This document shows positions 39,330 through 51,244 of a stretch of DNA of 64,000 bases, piece after piece. This stretch comes from an uncultured Fibrobacterota bacterium (lineage in GTDB: Bacteria > Fibrobacterota > Chitinivibrionia > Chitinivibrionales > FEN-1185), in assembly GCA_963753345.1 (NCBI GenBank), contig CAVWBU010000035.1:128001-192000 (forward strand), in the 5' to 3' direction. The position numbers and the translations under genes were made by a program. Below the pieces are notes generated by a model that ran no database searches, was not told where the DNA came from, and saw only the letters and a program-made list of their open reading frames with translations. Positions within the stretch are counted from its first letter, which is position 1; every line of letters begins with the position of its first letter.

Positions 39330-41486
39330 TCAAAGATTCACTATTTTTCCCGCCGCGTTCTTTGCGTCCTTTTCCGCGTTCGGGTCGATCGACTTTGCAA
39401 GGTCTGCCGCCGCGCCCGCGCCCGCGGGCAGAAACGACGAGAGGTCGACCGAAAGGCTCGAAAACAGGTTGTTCACAAACGCATCCGCCTCCGCGCCCGA
39501 TGCGGTGAACGCCACGTTCCCGTTTACGTTTTTGCCGATGCCGGGAATTGCCTTGAGCGAGATGATGCCGCTCAGGTTTCCGCTCTTGTGCTCAAGAGCG
39601 AATGGAACGGCCATGGTCGCTCCCGCCATTGCCGACAGCGCGCCCATGGACTGCACGCTGCCGAGTTTCCGAAACTCCCCGCTCTCCGAAGCGCGCCATT
39701 CCACGGTCGCCGCAAGCGTACCCTGTCCTGCAACGGCGGCGCCCACCGACGGGATCCCGCCCGGCAGGGATCCTCCCGCCGTTTTCGAGCCGAACGCGTA
39801 GCCGGAAAGCTCGATGTGCATCCGCACAAAGCAATGGGCGCCAGGCTTGACAAGGCGCGAGAGAAGGGGCACGGCCTTGACTACGGCAACGAGGTCGAAC
39901 CCCTGGTTGTCCGGAACGTCCCATTTTGCGTTCGCAATGCCGTCGACGACCGAGCCATTGTTGAACCACGAAAGAAACGACTGCGCCGCGCTCGTCACCT
40001 CGCCGGTTTTCTTTTCGATGAAATCGATGACGTTTGTGAACTGCGACGAGACGAGCGACGAAAACCCGTCCTGGGATCCGGTCAGGTCGGAGCAGTACTT
40101 GTGCACCACGCACGCGAACACGTACTCGATGAGCCGCATGCCCTCGTCCGATTGCACGTCGAACGCCAGCGAGCCGCTCCCGGACAGTCCCTTTACGTAT
40201 TTGAGCGGCACGGAGACTCGGAGCGTTTTGTCCGAGAAAGCAACCGAGAGCTGAGAAGCGGTGCCGAGCGGCGCAGTGAGGTCGACGGTGGCGAGATCGG
40301 CGAACTCCTGTTGTTCGCCCTTGCTCCAGCTTATTGCGCCGGAAAGTTTGCCCTGTGCCTGCGCGGAGCCGGCAGCGCCGAGATTGGCTTGGGGAACCGG
40401 CGGAACGCCGCTGCCGAAGGAAAGTCCGGGCAGGGAAATAAAATGCGAGAGCTCGCCTTCAGCGCAGGCATAGCCTTTTGCCGCAATCGAAAGCCGCAGC
40501 AGACAGGCGGGCGAAGCTCCCTGCTTCGATTGCGCAACGCCGAACAGATCGAACAGGTTGACCCCGGATTCGCCGGGAAGGTACCATGCGCCCGACAATG
40601 TGCCTGTGTCAAGCGCGAACCCGAGATTGCCCGCGTCGCCGAGCGGGATCTTCTTTTCCAGTTCGTCAAGTTTGTCGGAAAGCCCGCACCCGGCAACGAA
40701 CCGCACGAACCGCGCCGTGACGGCCGAGGAGAACGTCTGGGCTGCACCCGATGCGGCTGCCTGCGCATCGGCGAATTTCCACTGCCACGGCCATGCGCCT
40801 TTTTCCTGCGCGCCGGGGCAGAGCGCCGAGAGCGCGTCGCTTGCCAGGCCGGTGTCGCCGTCGCTTTCCCTGAGGCTGTCGAGCATGTCGCGCACCGAAG
40901 CGTCGGCCGCGTCTTTCCAGGTTCCTGTGCCTGAAATGCGTTTGGGCCGTACAAAGAGCCGGGCAAGCGATTCGTCCCAGTCCGGGTGCTTGGTGACCGC
41001 AATGAGTTCGTCGATTGCGTCCTTTGGCGCGCTTTTGAGCCCTTCGAAAAAGGTCTCCGCCTCGCGGGAGAGGTCCTGCATGGCGGTGAGCATCGCCGCG
41101 AAGTCCTGCCCTTGCCATCCGTCAAGTATCTTCTGCGCCAGGTCTTTGGCCGCGTTCGCCTCGTCGCTGAGCGCGGCAAAGGCGTTGTCCTTTGCGGCTT
41201 CCAGAACGCAATATTTCTTGAGCGCCGGCGAAAAGAATATCATGACGTCGGTTGCCTTTTTTGCAAAGAGCGTAAGCGTGACGGTCGATTTCCCGCCGCT
41301 TGACTCGCGCGATTTCTCGCCGTACAGCCGCGGCGGGATGGACAGCGCCGTGCCTTGTGCGGGAGGCTGGGAATCGTCCTTGACCTTGTTGAATGAGGCA
41401 AGCGGCTTTGCCGCAGCCTCGTCGCCGAAGAACTTCTTTGCCAGCGATGAGAACGTGTCGCCCGATGCAACCGTGTAGTCGGCCAT
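39330..41486 (-). CDS. LysM-domain protein with duplicated C-terminal domain
   Basis: YTVASGDTFSSLAKKFFG...G..LSIP N-terminal LysM; lies upstream of vgrG. Confidence 0.75.
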   Translation of the reverse strand: MADYTVASGDTFSSLAKKFFGDEAAAKPLASFNKVKDDSQPPAQGTALSIPPRLYGEKSRESSGGKSTVTLTLFAKKATDVMIFFSPALKKYCVLEAAKDNAFAALSDEANAAKDLAQKILDGWQGQDFAAMLTAMQDLSREAETFFEGLKSAPKDAIDELIAVTKHPDWDESLARLFVRPKRISGTGTWKDAADASVRDMLDSLRESDGDTGLASDALSALCPGAQEKGAWPWQWKFADAQAAASGAAQTFSSAVTARFVRFVAGCGLSDKLDELEKKIPLGDAGNLGFALDTGTLSGAWYLPGESGVNLFDLFGVAQSKQGASPACLLRLSIAAKGYACAEGELSHFISLPGLSFGSGVPPVPQANLGAAGSAQAQGKLSGAISWSKGEQQEFADLATVDLTAPLGTASQLSVAFSDKTLRVSVPLKYVKGLSGSGSLAFDVQSDEGMRLIEYVFACVVHKYCSDLTGSQDGFSSLVSSQFTNVIDFIEKKTGEVTSAAQSFLSWFNNGSVVDGIANAKWDVPDNQGFDLVAVVKAVPLLSRLVKPGAHCFVRMHIELSGYAFGSKTAGGSLPGGIPSVGAAVAGQGTLAATVEWRASESGEFRKLGSVQSMGALSAMAGATMAVPFALEHKSGNLSGIISLKAIPGIGKNVNGNVAFTASGAEADAFVNNLFSSLSVDLSSFLPAGAGAAADLAKSIDPNAEKDAKNAAGKIVNL

Positions 41487-41497
41487 TGCCGGTCCTT

Positions 41498-41935
41498 TCA
41501 CTGTCCGAGTGATTCATTGCCGTGGAGCCACGCCGCAAGCGGCCCCTTTGCGCGAACCTCTTCCGGAACGCGCACCGCCGCGAGCGCGCCGGCATCCCAC
41601 AGGGCTTCGAGAAAATGCAGCCTGCCTTCGATGTCGCCGTATTCCGTAACGAAAAACTCCTGCCGCACCGAAAGGTATTCCTCCGCGGAAAGCTGCGAGA
41701 CGATGTCTTCCACCGTGCCAACAAGGTCGACAAGGGACTCGCGGTCGATAAGCCGCCGCACCTCGTCGAATGAGGCGGGGAGAAAGGGGCACTCCTGCGG
41801 CGACGCTCCCATATGCCGTTTGTGGACAAACAGTAATTTTCCCGGAAACACATATCCGAACCTGAGGCGCTCGCACGGCTTTGACAGGCAGCTTTTGCAG
41901 CCGGGAAAAGAAAGAATGGCTTTGGATTCGTGCAT
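41498..41935 (-). CDS. Hypothetical protein with Cys motif (C..C...PC...CP)
   Basis: ORF in operon orientation, ends just before the LysM gene. Confidence 0.5.
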   Translation of the reverse strand: MHESKAILSFPGCKSCLSKPCERLRFGYVFPGKLLFVHKRHMGASPQECPFLPASFDEVRRLIDRESLVDLVGTVEDIVSQLSAEEYLSVRQEFFVTEYGDIEGRLHFLEALWDAGALAAVRVPEEVRAKGPLAAWLHGNESLGQ

Positions 41936-42499
41936 GGCGCGGTCCTGGGGGATGAATAGATAGAATATAAATACGGGGGAAAGGATGATTTGTGACATGA
42001 GTCACAAAAAAATGTAGATTGTGGAATGAAGAATGTAGATTGATCAGGTGCAGTTAGGACACAGAGTCAACGTGGTGGACCGTGCAAGGCCGGAAATGTT
42101 CAGCCCTCGAAGGGCCGTTATTCAGTGCCATAGAGCAGACATCTGCTTGACGTTAAGCTCGTCAATACACATATAAATTGAATGGCTAGGTCGTTCACCC
42201 ACGCTTTCCAGGGGGGTGGCGGCGCTTTGGCCGCCGGGGGTTGTGGTATAGACAAGCATGGTTTGTCATTTCATTTCTTAAGGGTAAGGTAGTGGCGCTT
42301 CGCGCCATTTATTATGTCATTTTGCCCTTTCCTTGCCGGTCTTAGGGCCGGCGAGGCCCTACCAGTATTTTATCTTTTATTGGATTTTGTATTTCTCCTT
42401 TTCTCCCGATATATTTTTAAGCATGGATACCGTCGACCATCATCATGCACTTCCGGACTCTCCGGGGTGCATTTTTGTTATCTGCAAAGCGAGGTGACT

Positions 42500-44005
42500 G
42501 TGGCAAAAATCCTGGGCGAAGTGTCAAGGACCTTTTCGGAGTTCCTCATCATACCCGGCCTTACCACGACCCGTACCGTGCCGGCGAACGTCGATCTGCG
42601 CACGCCCATGACCAAATTCAGGAAAGGGTCGAAGCCGTCCTTCGAGCTCAACATCCCGTTCGTGTCCGCAAGCATGCAGGCGGTGTCGGGCGCGGACCTC
42701 GCCATCGCCCTTGCCCGAAAAGGCGGGCTCGCGTTCATCTACTGCTCGCAGTCCATAGAGAGCCAGGCCGAGATGGTTGTGCGCGTCAAGCAGCACAAGG
42801 CCGGGTTCGTGCCCAGCGATTCCAACCTCAGGCCCGACAGCACGCTCGCCGAGGCGGTGGCGCTCAGCAAAAAAACCGGGCACTCCACCATGCCGGTCAC
42901 CCACGACGGCACCGGAACCGGCATGTTCCTCGGCATCCTCACCGACAAGGATTTCTGGGAATTCGAGGACGACCTGAACGCGCCCGTGTCCAAGTCTATG
43001 ACGGCGAAGGAAAATGTCGTATTCGGCAGGACGGGAATTTCGCTGCACGAGGCGAACCGGCTCCTCCGGAAACGCAAGAAGGAATGTCTGCCCATTCTTG
43101 ACAGAAAGGGACGGCTTCAGTCGCTGGTGTTCAAGAAGGACTACATCGACCATATCAAAAACCCCAACGAAGTGCTCGACGAGAAGAAGCGGCTAGCCGT
43201 GGGGTGCGGCATCAACACCCACGACTACAAGCAACGGGTGCCCGCGCTTATCGAGGCCGGCGCGGACGTGCTGTGCTTCGATTCGTCGGACGGCTACACC
43301 GAGTTCCAGCGCGACGCGGCACTGTGGACGCGCGCGCACTTCGGGAAGCGGGTAGTGATCGGCGGCGGCAACGTGGTGGATGCCGAGGCGTTTCACTTTC
43401 TGGTGAAAAAGGCGAAAGTTGATTTTGTAAAGGTCGGCATCGGCGGCGGCTCCATCTGCATCACCCGCGAGCAGAAGGGCATCGGCCGCGGCCAGGCCTC
43501 GGCCCTCATGGACGTGGTTGCAGCGCGGAACGCACACTTCAAGAAAACCGGCCTGTACATTCCGGTGTGCTCCGACGGCGGACTCGCCAACGACACGCAG
43601 ATCATCATCGCGCTTGCCATGGGCGCCGATTTCGTGATGATGGGCCGCTACTTCGCAATGACAAACGAGAGCCCCACGCCCAAGGTGTCCATCGGCGGCA
43701 GGTTGTACAAGCCGTACTGGGGCGAGGGCAGCAACCGGGCGAGGAACTGGCAGCGCTACGGCGTCGAGAGCGAAAGCGAGTTCAAGTTCGAGGAAGGCGT
43801 GGACGGGTACGTGCCGGTGGTGGGATCGCTGTCCGACGTGCTCGCGGTCACCATCGCAAAGCTCAAGTCCACCATGTGCAACGCGGGCGCGGTCACCCTG
43901 GCGGATTTCCGGAAAAAGGCCCTGCTCACGCGCGTATCGGAACAGTCGTTCGTTGAAGGCGGGACCTCCACCATCAAGACCATGGACCAGGAAATCCTGA
44001 AATAG
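42500..44005 (+). CDS. guaB: IMP dehydrogenase
   Basis: NIPFVSASMQAVS, CBS pair, KVGIGGGSICITRE, SDGG, EEGVDGYVP. Confidence 0.95.
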   Translation: MAKILGEVSRTFSEFLIIPGLTTTRTVPANVDLRTPMTKFRKGSKPSFELNIPFVSASMQAVSGADLAIALARKGGLAFIYCSQSIESQAEMVVRVKQHKAGFVPSDSNLRPDSTLAEAVALSKKTGHSTMPVTHDGTGTGMFLGILTDKDFWEFEDDLNAPVSKSMTAKENVVFGRTGISLHEANRLLRKRKKECLPILDRKGRLQSLVFKKDYIDHIKNPNEVLDEKKRLAVGCGINTHDYKQRVPALIEAGADVLCFDSSDGYTEFQRDAALWTRAHFGKRVVIGGGNVVDAEAFHFLVKKAKVDFVKVGIGGGSICITREQKGIGRGQASALMDVVAARNAHFKKTGLYIPVCSDGGLANDTQIIIALAMGADFVMMGRYFAMTNESPTPKVSIGGRLYKPYWGEGSNRARNWQRYGVESESEFKFEEGVDGYVPVVGSLSDVLAVTIAKLKSTMCNAGAVTLADFRKKALLTRVSEQSFVEGGTSTIKTMDQEILK

Positions 44006-44141
44006 GCCTGTGGGCCGGGCGGCCTCTCCGCAATTTTTTTTCTTCAGAATCGAAATCTTTGCGCCTTGTAAAATATGGGCGAAAGGCGGCCGCGACCGCG
44101 CGCCGTTCCCTTGCACACAACGCAGGAAAGGACTTTTTCCC

Positions 44142-45731
<1,590 letters not shown>

Positions 45732-45746
45732 TAATAAAGAGAAAAA

Positions 45747-45909
45747 TTGGGCGTTTCCCTCGCCCTCGTAAAGACTCAGGCTCGGGTCGGCCCTCCTTCC
45801 GGTCTCGGCCTTCGGCCTCGGGCCGCCACGGCCCTATGCCGCGGTAGCGGCGGGTCCGGGCGGCATCCCGCTTTGGCGGGACCTCCAGTCCTGCCTAACG
45901 CGCGGGCAT
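45747..45909 (-). repeat. Dispersed structured element, copy 8a (3' module)
   Basis: TTGGGCGTTTCCC ... CCTAACGCGC on the plus strand. Confidence 0.85.
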
Positions 45910-45981
45910 CGGATAGTGTGCCGGTGACCTCAAGGTCGGCAGGGAGAAGCGACTGTTTGGAGCGTGCAAAGGGAATCCCAA

Positions 45982-46164
45982 TTGGCGCGAGAAATACTTG
46001 TTGACTGAATAGATTCCCTATGCCGCGCGCCAGGCAGGACTGCAAGGTGCGCTGGAGCGCATTGCCGCCTGACCACGGCCCGCAGGGCCCTCGTGGCAGG
46101 CGGCAACGAGGCCTTGTGCCGAGCCTGGAAGGAGGGCCGCCGCCGCAAAGCGGCGGGGCGCCCA
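45982..46164 (+). repeat. Dispersed structured element, copy 8b (3' module, GCGCC/GGCGC variant)
   Basis: TTGACTGAATAGATT, GCGCCAGG ... GGGGCGCCCA. Confidence 0.85.
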
Positions 46165-46295
46165 TCTCTTTATTTATTTAGCCTTTTATCCACTTCTTCC
46201 TCCGGAATATTCTTGACATCAAACCATACATATCTTATTTCTATATCCTGATAGCCCATCATTCCCTTTTCCGCTTTTCTGTGGGAGGACTGCAT

Positions 46296-47198
46296 ATGAA
46301 AAGACCGGTACTACTGGGTTCCCTCGCCTTAAGCGTTATATTTCTTGTCGGCGGATGCGGCGTAAGCCAGCGCGCCATCGACGACGCCCAGGGCCGCATC
46401 AACGCGCTCAAAACAAAAGGCGTTCCGGACAGCTCCCTTTCCGATGCCGTAAAGTACCTGTACGGTGCGACGTATGCAAAGGAAAAAGACGACAAGACCC
46501 TTGCCAGAAAATCGCTCGATTCGGCGCGGATACTCATTGCGCAGTCCGAAGCGCAGTACTCGGAAAATGCCGCGCGGCTCAAGCCCTACAGCGACTCGGT
46601 GATCGGCGTCCTCACCAACGCTAAGTCCAAGTTCACGGGCATGCAGCTCAAGGCCCTTGACAGCGCCCTTGCGGTGATCGACGGCTTTGTCCAGAAGAAC
46701 TGGATCTACCAGATCGAAGACAACTGCAACAAAGCGGTTGCACTGCTGCCCACGCTCAAGTTCAACGAAGACCGGGCAAAGGAACTCAAAGAAAGGCTGC
46801 CGGGCGTGTGGGTGTGCACTAACACCACCAAGAGCGACGCCGACAAGGCCGTCCACGCGGTGGAGACGAAGACGTTCACGTTCGGCAAGGACGGCAAGGT
46901 TACCCTCGTGGAAACCAAGAAAGGCCAGAGCGCTAAGAACCTCAAGGAAGACTGGGAGTTCGACTCGTTCGGCTCCTGGGACTGCCGCGGCGACACCATC
47001 CATATCTTTGTGGACCGTTTCGCCTGCAAGCGCCAGAACTTCGAGACCCTTCTCGAAAAAGACAACAAGAAGACGTGGGAAAAGAAGTCCGAAAAGACCT
47101 ACGATTCCCTCATCACCGACCACAGCCAGGACCGGTGGGTGCCCTTCAGCGGAGAGGGCGGAATGGCGGAGGATTTCAAGCAGCAGAAGAAGTTCTGA
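46296..47198 (+). CDS. Hypothetical lipoprotein
   Basis: Lipobox LVGGC, RBS, coding-like codon usage. Confidence 0.8.
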   Translation: MKRPVLLGSLALSVIFLVGGCGVSQRAIDDAQGRINALKTKGVPDSSLSDAVKYLYGATYAKEKDDKTLARKSLDSARILIAQSEAQYSENAARLKPYSDSVIGVLTNAKSKFTGMQLKALDSALAVIDGFVQKNWIYQIEDNCNKAVALLPTLKFNEDRAKELKERLPGVWVCTNTTKSDADKAVHAVETKTFTFGKDGKVTLVETKKGQSAKNLKEDWEFDSFGSWDCRGDTIHIFVDRFACKRQNFETLLEKDNKKTWEKKSEKTYDSLITDHSQDRWVPFSGEGGMAEDFKQQKKF

Positions 47199-47237
47199 TA
47201 ATAAGTTCTTTCGTATATCTTTTATTAGTTTGATTTG

Positions 47238-47277
47238 TAAAGGCGCTCTACGAAAATAGAGCGCCTTTAGTTTTTTT
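47238..47277 (+). terminator. Rho-independent terminator
   Basis: TAAAGGCGCTCTA-CGAAAA-TAGAGCGCCTTTA followed by GTTTTTTT. Confidence 0.8.
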
Positions 47278-47336
47278 ACTTTTAAGATTTATACATGGGT
47301 GGAAGTCCAGCCTGTCTCAAAACTCAAGAGAAGATC

Positions 47337-47472
47337 TGGGCGCCCCGCCGAAGACGGCGGCGGCCGTCCTTCCGGTCTCGGCCTTCGGCCTCGGGCTGCC
47401 TGCCACGAGGGCCCTGCGGGCCGTGGTCAGGCAGCACCGCACTTTGGCGCGGCCTCCAGTCCTGCCTGGCGC
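47337..47472 (-). repeat. Dispersed structured element, copy 9 (3' module, GCGCC/GGCGC variant); 5'-module fragment near 47567-47590 on the plus strand
   Basis: TGGGCGCCCC ... CCTGGCGC; GTTGTGGCGGCACCCACGAG nearby. Confidence 0.8.
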
Positions 47473-47724
47473 AAATACCACCATTCGGGTATCAGGTGAA
47501 TTTCACTATTCCGCTTGCGCAAGACCATATCTTCCGCAACTTGTCAACCTGCGCAACCAATACTGCGTTGTGGCGGCACCCACGAGCTATAGGTGACAAA
47601 AGATTCAATTTCGGTTTTTTTCGTCATCAGCGCCGAACCTGAGGCCGGAGGATAGTCCCTCGTGCTGTCCGAGCCGGGGCCCCACGAACGAGGGATCAGG
47701 CGACGCCGTTTGTTGTCTGAAGCT

Positions 47725-49089
47725 TTACCTGGCGAGAACGAATCTGCCGGTGCAGAAATGCCCGTCGATCGCGGTGATATGCAACAAATAGAGGCCTTTT
47801 GAAAGCGATTTTGTTGAAATTGTCAATAATTCGTCTGATGGAGATAAACTTTCAGAATACACTTTTCTTCCGTTGACGGCAAACAGCTCCACGCTGATCA
47901 AACCCTGATTCCGCAGCTTGGGCAATCTGATCGACAGAAACCCCCTTTGCGAATTGAGCACAGAGAGCCCCAAGTCAGAGCTTGTGTTTATCATGCGGTC
48001 CTTAACTTCCATGGGAGGAACCGTTGCAAAGTACGGCCCTCCGTCACAAACAACGAGTTGGCCGTTTCCATAAGCGGAAGAGTAAAACTCAATAGAAGAA
48101 GGAGGGTTTGGGTCCCGATGCCAGACTGCCCCGTCTGAAGAATAGAGTAAGATGCCGGTTGTATTTGTACCTAAGTCCCCCTGTGACCCGGCCGCCACGA
48201 ACATGCCGTTTTCAAAATTTATGGAACGAAAAATCGTTAGAGAGAGGGAATCGCTTTTAGTCCATACGACCCCGTCGGTCGACCTTAACATATAGGAATA
48301 CAACAGTCCGCCGCCGGACCCTCCTGCGACAAAGCAATTGTTTCCGTATGCAACCGATAGCAGGCTGCCGCCCTGGTTGGGCGGCGGCGCAGAGATACCC
48401 GACGCTCTATTTGTCCAATTGATGGCATCAGGGGATGTTAGAATCACACCATTGTTTCCAACAACGACATATAGGCCTTTGCCATAGCATACGGCGTTAA
48501 ACATATAGGAACTGGAATCGACAGTACTCCAAACCAAGCCGTCCTGAGAAACCCCCATATACCTTGGGCCCACTGCTACAAATTGACCGTTGCCATACAT
48601 GACAGATATGAAACGTGAAATCTGAAGGTTGTTTCCCGTCAGCATGACGGGCTGCATATCCGGCTCCCGGGCTGCAAATACCGCCCCCTGGGAATTGAAC
48701 TTTACCTGTTCGCTGCCTACCGCAACGAACAAACTATCTCCGTAAACAACGGAATAAAGGCCGCAGTCAGTGAGACTGTAACCAAAACAAGTGTCGTTGC
48801 CCCCGAAGCTTCTCAATTCCCAGGTAATGCCGTCGGAAGAGGTAAGCATCGCGCTGATAGTAATGGATCCATTTGCTCCATTATAATTGCTAACACCATA
48901 ATCCCCAACAGCAAGAAATCGCCCATTGCCAAATGTAACGGAGTTGATGTGAAAGCTTCCGGGATATCCCGGAGGAGGTATCAATGCGGAGAGATCGGGT
49001 AGAACGCCTTTTTGCCAGTTATATTGACCGAAACAAAGGAAAGAAATCACGTATATGAACATTGTCGTCTTCGCAAGAATATTTTTCAT
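47725..49089 (-). CDS. Secreted WD40/YVTN/BNR-like repeat protein with T9SS-like C-terminal domain
   Basis: Repeated YGNG.FVAVG and S.DG..W; FAVNGRKVY...LSKGLYLL tail; lower GC. Confidence 0.8.
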   Translation of the reverse strand: MKNILAKTTMFIYVISFLCFGQYNWQKGVLPDLSALIPPPGYPGSFHINSVTFGNGRFLAVGDYGVSNYNGANGSITISAMLTSSDGITWELRSFGGNDTCFGYSLTDCGLYSVVYGDSLFVAVGSEQVKFNSQGAVFAAREPDMQPVMLTGNNLQISRFISVMYGNGQFVAVGPRYMGVSQDGLVWSTVDSSSYMFNAVCYGKGLYVVVGNNGVILTSPDAINWTNRASGISAPPPNQGGSLLSVAYGNNCFVAGGSGGGLLYSYMLRSTDGVVWTKSDSLSLTIFRSINFENGMFVAAGSQGDLGTNTTGILLYSSDGAVWHRDPNPPSSIEFYSSAYGNGQLVVCDGGPYFATVPPMEVKDRMINTSSDLGLSVLNSQRGFLSIRLPKLRNQGLISVELFAVNGRKVYSESLSPSDELLTISTKSLSKGLYLLHITAIDGHFCTGRFVLAR

Positions 49090-49435
49090 TGTCTGCTCCC
49101 ACTCGTTAGTCGGTTTCGCTCACCCTGCTCCCATCATCCCTAATTATACTTAATTTATGGTCACAAAGTTGAACCATCACTAAGATTTCGTATACTATTG
49201 GAATACGGCAAGATTGCTTTTGGGTCCTATTTCGTAGACATTTGTTGAAAGGAATTGGTACTTTCCCTCTGCTTTGCATTGGGGCAGGCTGTTTAAAGAG
49301 TCGCTCTTACGGCGTCCATGGTTCGACACTCTTCGTTAGACTTCGGCGTAGGTGCTCACCGCGAACGGCGATTGTAGAAGACGACAGTGGAGAATTTTCT
49401 GTGTCAGTCGCCTATGGGTCTGATTCCTAATCTGC

Positions 49436-49618
49436 TTGGCGGAACATTGGATTGTGCAAATTCCCCTCTGCCAAGCGTTAGGGGCGACTGGAGGCCGCGC
49501 TGGAGCGTGGTGCCGCCCGGACCCGGCCGCTACCGCGGCTTAGGGCCAGGCGGCCCGAGGCCAGAGCCCGAGACCGGAGGGAGAACCGACCGCGTCCTCA
49601 TGGACGCGGGAACGCCCA
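49436..49618 (+). repeat. Dispersed structured element, copy 10 (3' module)
   Basis: GCGTTAGGGGCGACTGGAGG ... GGACGCGGGAACGCCCA. Confidence 0.85.
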
Positions 49619-49637
49619 TCTGAAGTAATAACTCTAT

Positions 49638-50222
49638 TTACTTCTCTCTTTCCAACTGTCTTATCCCGTCAAGCAGATATTGCACCGCCGACGCGCCGGT
49701 GAAAAACGCCGCGGCGCCGAGCATCCATGCGAGCGGGGCCGCGGGCAGGCCGAAAAGCACCCACAGGATTGATGTGCCCTGGAGGAACGTGGTGATTTTG
49801 CCGAGCATCCTGGGCTGCACTCTCACGCTGCCCGTGATGCTCTGGATGATGAGCACGCCGAGAACAAGAATGGCGTCGCGGCTGATTGCAACGAGAGCGA
49901 ACCATACGGGAAGGTGGGGGACAAATGCTTTCTCGGCGCTGTGGCCGGACAGAAGGATGAGGGCCGAGATCAGGGCCGCCTTGTCGGCAAGCGGGTCGAG
50001 CAGCGTGCCAAGGGCCGAGATTTCCCGCCGCATTCGGGCAAGGTACCCGTCCACTGCGTCAAGGAGGAAAATGCCGAGAAATACGGCGAGGCCTGTCCAT
50101 CGGAGAATCATGTGCGGCTCGCCCTTTGCCACGCTCATCGCATAGTAGAGGATAGCAAGGACGAACAGGGGAACGGCGAAGATCCGGGCAATGGTGATTC
50201 TGTTTGCCAATGTCAAGGGCAT
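49638..50222 (-). CDS. CDP-alcohol phosphatidyltransferase (PgsA-like)
   Basis: NRITIAR, DAVDGYLAR...G.LLDPLADK. Confidence 0.9.
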   Translation of the reverse strand: MPLTLANRITIARIFAVPLFVLAILYYAMSVAKGEPHMILRWTGLAVFLGIFLLDAVDGYLARMRREISALGTLLDPLADKAALISALILLSGHSAEKAFVPHLPVWFALVAISRDAILVLGVLIIQSITGSVRVQPRMLGKITTFLQGTSILWVLFGLPAAPLAWMLGAAAFFTGASAVQYLLDGIRQLEREK

Positions 50223-50330
50223 GATTGGCGCGCGGTTCCGGGAGGAAGTGGCGGACCGGCGGTATGATCAATATAATAATTTGTTGCGTCAGGGGTAAAA
50301 TCGCATTTGTTAAGAAAAGGAAATTATCAT

Positions 50331-50751
50331 GTGGGGGAGGTATACTCCGTCGGGTACTTCCAAGGGTCGTCCTCCTCGCTTCAGCCCGGCGCGCCTCCTC
50401 ATGTTGTGGCTCATTGTCAATGGCGCACCGGTCTTCCGCTACCCCCTCCTGGGTGCACCCCTTGAAGGGACAGTTGCAAGATCAAACACCTGTGCGGGGG
50501 CACCCGTGGAGAGCAGTTGAGAAATTCAAAGAGAAATAGATGATTCTATTCCATGAGGATTCGGGGTGGCGGGAGCAATAATCTTGACTGAGTAGACTTC
50601 TTCTGCCGCGCGTTAGGCCGGAACGGAGGTCGCGCTGGAGCGCGATGCTGCCTGACCACGGCCCGCAGGGCCTTTGTGGCAGGCAGCCCGAGGCCGAAGG
50701 CCGAGACCGGAGCGAGGGCCGCCCGCGTCCCATGGACGCGGGAACGGCCAA
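50331..50751 (+). repeat. Dispersed structured element, copy 11 (full length)
   Basis: CTCCTGGGTGCACCC/GGGGGCACCCGTGGAG, TTGACTGAGTAGA, GCGTTAGG ... GGGAACGGCCAA. Confidence 0.9.
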
Positions 50752-50767
50752 GTCTTTTCTTTGACTT

Positions 50768-51244
50768 TTAAGTATTATCAGGTAGCCCTAGATCTATATC
50801 CCTCGACATCACAATAGCATCATCACCATCGTCAGAATAGTATTTCCTGCGTATCCAGCGGATTTCGAATCCGAGTTTGACGTACAAATCAAAGGCAAGA
50901 CGGTTTTTCGACCGGACTTCAAGGTGGACCGATTCTGCGCCGCGGCGGCGGGCCGCGTCTGCCGCTGCCGCCAGGAGGCGGCGCGCCACGCCTCGGCGCC
51001 GGTGGTCGGGATGAACGGCGATGGTGTTGATCTCAAGTTCGTCTGCGGCGAGAACGGCGAACACGAAGCCGCATGCCGTGCCGTCTTCGCGCTGCGCAAC
51101 CAGATTGACGGCGTTGTCGGCGGAAAGCTCCGAGGAAAATGCGGCGGCCGACCAGGTGACCGTGCGGCACGAATGTTCTATGTCAAGGATGGCGGGAAGA
51201 TCGCACTTCACGGCGGGCCTGATCGTCGAAAGGCGGTGACTCAC
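50768..51244 (-). CDS. rimI: Ribosomal protein S18 alanine N-acetyltransferase
   Basis: IAVHPDHRRRGVA, LEVRSKN..A..LY.K.GF..RRKYY..GDDA. Confidence 0.9.
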   Translation of the reverse strand: MSHRLSTIRPAVKCDLPAILDIEHSCRTVTWSAAAFSSELSADNAVNLVAQREDGTACGFVFAVLAADELEINTIAVHPDHRRRGVARRLLAAAADAARRRGAESVHLEVRSKNRLAFDLYVKLGFEIRWIRRKYYSDDGDDAIVMSRDIDLGLPDNT

